5,758 nucleotides of DNA. Origin: Candidatus Aenigmatarchaeota archaeon (GTDB taxonomy: Archaea > Aenigmatarchaeota > Aenigmatarchaeia > GW2011-AR5 > JACRAC01). Made by a program: the position numbers and the translations under genes. Positions within the stretch are counted from its first letter, which is position 1, and every line of letters starts with the position of its first letter. The notes beneath the pieces were generated by a model. That model worked only from the letters and a program-made list of their open reading frames with translations. It had not been told where the DNA came from and ran no database searches. The DNA lies in assembly GCA_043818435.1 (NCBI GenBank), contig JBDRFU010000063.1, positions 1-5,758 of the forward strand. Reading direction: 5' to 3'. Shown one piece after another: positions 5,648 to 5,758 of this stretch.

Positions 5648-5758
5648 ATGGACAAACAAATCCTAGATCAATACATCCGCGCAGGCAAGATAGCATCCGA
5701 GGTACGCAAAGAGAGTAAAAAGATGATAACAGTAGGTGCACCGCTACTAGATATTGCA
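5648..5758 (+). CDS. map: Methionine aminopeptidase, type 2 (archaeal/eukaryal type), N-terminal 37 codons; truncated at the window edge
   Basis: MDKQILDQYIRAGKIASEVRKESKKMITVGAPLLDIA matches the characteristic archaeal MetAP N-terminus. For comparison, Pyrococcus has [35 protein letters not shown]. Confidence 0.8.
   Translation, partial: MDKQILDQYIRAGKIASEVRKESKKMITVGAPLLDIA

Noticed and set aside
1-5758. CRISPR arrays, tRNA/rRNA genes, IS elements with terminal inverted repeats, long direct repeats
   Set aside because: None found on visual scanning. The only notable repeat is the 20-bp palindrome at 259-278. I cannot exclude small ncRNAs without computational folding or covariance searches.

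Overview
AT-rich window that looks archaeal, possibly from a small-genome, DPANN-like lineage. This rests on type-2 methionine aminopeptidase, an Lhr helicase paired with a metallophosphoesterase, an XRE-HTH/CBS regulator, GGTGA-type Shine-Dalgarno sites and TATA-like boxes. All protein identifications come from motif recognition by eye; no database search was possible.

There are two divergent gene blocks around an AT-rich intergenic region (1521-1585).

- Minus strand: a 97-aa orphan ORF, then a free-standing double-motif LAGLIDADG homing endonuclease with an N-terminal HTH, then a bacterial/eukaryal-type S-adenosylmethionine synthetase (metK) that runs off the left edge.
- Plus strand: HTH-CBS regulator, calcineurin-like metallophosphoesterase, 930-aa Lhr-type DExH helicase, then the 5' end of methionine aminopeptidase.

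Main finding: metK is interrupted by exactly 31 nt inside the codons for its invariant GHPDK(I/V)CDQ motif. The surrounding RNA folds by hand into a near-canonical archaeal bulge-helix-bulge (hBHBh') splicing motif. Its canonical cleavage positions excise exactly those 31 nt (281..251) and restore the frame as GHPDKVCDQ. The homing endonuclease gene ends in a 4-nt ATGA overlap with the metK start, about 60 nt upstream of this mini-intron. This suggests a mobile cassette made of a free-standing HEG plus an ORF-less intron. Splicing and mobility are inferences that need RNA or biochemical confirmation. A pseudogene or an assembly artefact remain formal alternatives.
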